Source of the DNA: Candidatus Brocadiales bacterium
GTDB lineage: Bacteria; Planctomycetota; Brocadiia; Brocadiales; Bathyanammoxibiaceae
DNA: 32,428 bases
Reading direction: 5' to 3'
Assembly: GCA_035283825.1 (NCBI GenBank)
Contig: DATETB010000217.1
Span: 1 to 32,428 of the forward strand
Positions 31,368 through 32,428 of the stretch are shown here, one piece after another (within the stretch, counting starts at the first letter, position 1; each line of letters opens with the position of its first letter). Under the pieces are notes generated by a model, which searched no databases, was not told the DNA's origin, and worked only from the letters and a program-made list of their open reading frames with translations. The position numbers and the translations under genes are program-made.

Positions 31368-31389
31368 TCCCTACCCCCTGACCCCTAGC
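31362..31389. repeat. heptamer array CCCTAAT CCCTACC CCCTGAC CCCTAGC
   Basis: Four exact-period CCCTNNN units between convergent genes. Contains the TAA stop at 31365-31367. Confidence 0.85.
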
Positions 31390-31390
31390 T

Positions 31391-32371
31391 TTATCCACCT
31401 ATCCGGCACATGACGGCCTCGCCTGTGCCAGAATGCTCGGCAGGCTTCAGGACGGCGGCCTCCAGGAAGGCCCTCTTTATGGTCTCCGGTGTGGGATTAC
31501 CCCTGAGGATGGCCCTTATGTCCACCTCGCCCCCGGCCAGGAGGCATGCCCTGAGTCTGCCATCTGAGGTGAGCCTGAGGCGGTTACAGTCCCCACAGAA
31601 GGGCTGACTTACGGGAGAGATAAAGCCCAGGGTGCCTACGGCGCCCTTCAGTCTGTAAAGCCTGGCAGGTCCACGTACCTTGTTGGACGGACCTAAAGGT
31701 CTGTCCCTACCTACAGGTATTAGTTCCCCAAGGCGGCTTATCCTTTCCATGACCTCTTTGCTGGGCACGAACTTGCGCTCTTCAATCATCCTGCATCCGA
31801 AGGCCATATACTCTATGAACCTCACCTCCAGGGGCTTCTCCAGGCTCATACGGGCAAACTCTTCTACCTCGTCCTCATTGGTGCCCCGCATAACCACCAT
31901 GTTTACCTTTGTCTCCTGGAACCCCACGTGCAGTGCCTCCTCTATGCCCTGGAGGACGTCTGAGATGGAGCCTCCCCCTGTAATCTGGCTGAAGCGGTCT
32001 GCCTTAAGGCTGTCCAGGCTGACGTTCAACCGCATGAGACCCGCCTCCTTTAGAACGGCGGCATATTGTCTCAAAAGGACGCCGTTGGTAGTCATGGCCA
32101 GGTCTTCTATCCCAGGGATTTTACTCAGGGAGGCAACGAGACGTTCTACGTTTCTCCTCGTGATTGGTTCGCCACCTGTCAGCCTGACGCTCCGTATGCC
32201 CAGTTCGGCGCCGTACTTTACTACGGTGGCTATCTCCTCAAAGCTAAGGATATCCTTACGCTCCAGGCGAGGGACACCCTGGGAGGGCCTACAGTAGATG
32301 CAGGAGAGGTTGCAGAGGTCGGTTACCGAGACCCTCAGGCGTGTTACATTTCTTTGAAAGCGGTCCTGCAT
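31391..32371 (-). CDS. moaA: GTP 3',8-cyclase (molybdenum cofactor biosynthesis protein A)
   Basis: 326 aa with CNLSCIYCRP (rSAM cluster), GGEPITR and the C-terminal FCGDCNRLRLTSDGRLRACL cluster. Confidence 0.9.
   Translation of the reverse strand: MQDRFQRNVTRLRVSVTDLCNLSCIYCRPSQGVPRLERKDILSFEEIATVVKYGAELGIRSVRLTGGEPITRRNVERLVASLSKIPGIEDLAMTTNGVLLRQYAAVLKEAGLMRLNVSLDSLKADRFSQITGGGSISDVLQGIEEALHVGFQETKVNMVVMRGTNEDEVEEFARMSLEKPLEVRFIEYMAFGCRMIEERKFVPSKEVMERISRLGELIPVGRDRPLGPSNKVRGPARLYRLKGAVGTLGFISPVSQPFCGDCNRLRLTSDGRLRACLLAGGEVDIRAILRGNPTPETIKRAFLEAAVLKPAEHSGTGEAVMCRIGG
31685..31710 (-). repeat. REP-like unit embedded in frame in moaA
   Basis: GGACGGACCTAAAGGTCTGTCCCTAC matches the reverse complement of 26522-26547 at 25 of 26 positions. 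It is read as V-G-R-D-R-P-L-G-P-S. Confidence 0.8.
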
Positions 32372-32381
32372 TTTTAGACAA

Positions 32382-32428
32382 AGAATTCAAAATTAAGAAT
32401 TAAGAATACAGGATTCTGAATGCTGAAT
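32382..32428. repeat. heptamer array AGAATTC AAAATTA AGAATTA AGAATAC AGGATTC TGAATGC TGAAT (runs off the right edge)
   Basis: Strict 7-nt period starting 11 nt upstream of the moaA ATG. Same word family as 6207-6234. Confidence 0.8.

Noticed and set aside
31680-32297. 205-aa + ORF inside moaA, and similar long antisense ORFs (19157..19756 -, 23038..23508 -, 24103..24561 -, 28556..28957 -)
   Set aside because: Each lies wholly within a confidently assigned gene on the other strand. Their Ser/Pro/Arg-rich composition is typical of shadow ORFs.
3780-32428. CRISPR array among the many short repeats
   Set aside because: The repeats are 7-nt tandem units or isolated hairpins. There is no series of 25-40-nt direct repeats separated by unique spacers of similar length, and no cas genes.
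1-32428. tRNA, rRNA, riboswitch or transposase/integrase genes
   Set aside because: I scanned the longer intergenic regions (1725-1939, 2390-2640, 3670-3969, 11234-11603, 17387-17786, 29942-30086). None showed a cloverleaf-type T-arm/acceptor pattern, and no ORF has DDE, Y1, tyrosine-recombinase or serine-recombinase motifs. Absence by eye is not proof.

Overview
This 32.4-kb window looks like bacterial chromosome from a diderm organism: it has an outer-membrane beta-barrel ending in Phe and a Tat-type signal. I call about 37 protein-coding genes. I saw no rRNA, tRNA, CRISPR array, transposase or integrase.

Gene layout:
- 1-1724 (-): hbd (partial) and thiolase.
- 1940-3669 (+): a secreted Cys/His-rich protein and a His-rich outer-membrane barrel.
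- 3970-6082 (+): a GT4 glycosyltransferase and a SAM methyltransferase.
- 6243-11197 (-): a RiPP-like operon, which is the main finding.
- 11604-17386 (-): a long operon of PIG-L deacetylase, DegT aminotransferase, WbqC, WecA/MraY-family transferase, ExeA-like ATPase and an HD-GYP protein.
- 17787-20984 (+): an MBL-fold hydrolase and a membrane-anchored P-loop/TPR protein.
- 21084-31367 (+): housekeeping genes (psd, SDR, ribE, pdxA, rsmA, khtT/CPA2 antiporter, carotenoid-family membrane protein) interrupted by AT-richer toxin-antitoxin modules. These are MntA/HepT, HEPN/MNT, and an antitoxin with a nonsense-mutated ParE.
- 31391-32371 (-): moaA.

The RiPP-like operon encodes a 63-aa peptide with a near-consensus twin-arginine leader and an 18-aa Cys/Lys/Pro-rich tail ending in Ser. 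Downstream are a radical-SAM/SPASM enzyme fused to a PqqD-like domain, an HprK-like P-loop kinase, a YkgJ/FliB-type CxxCxxCC gene broken by an in-frame TAG, and a PF14907-like nucleotidyltransferase. There is no lasso cyclase, protease or exporter.

The second striking property is the density of short structured repeats, several of which lie in frame inside coding sequences:
- GTAG-headed REP-like hairpins with covarying stems.
- CCGCCTNAGGCGG palindromes.
- A GTAGCCGCAGGCTTTAGCCTGCG hairpin.
- 7-nt-periodic heptamer arrays.

All functional calls rest on motif recognition by eye, with no database search.
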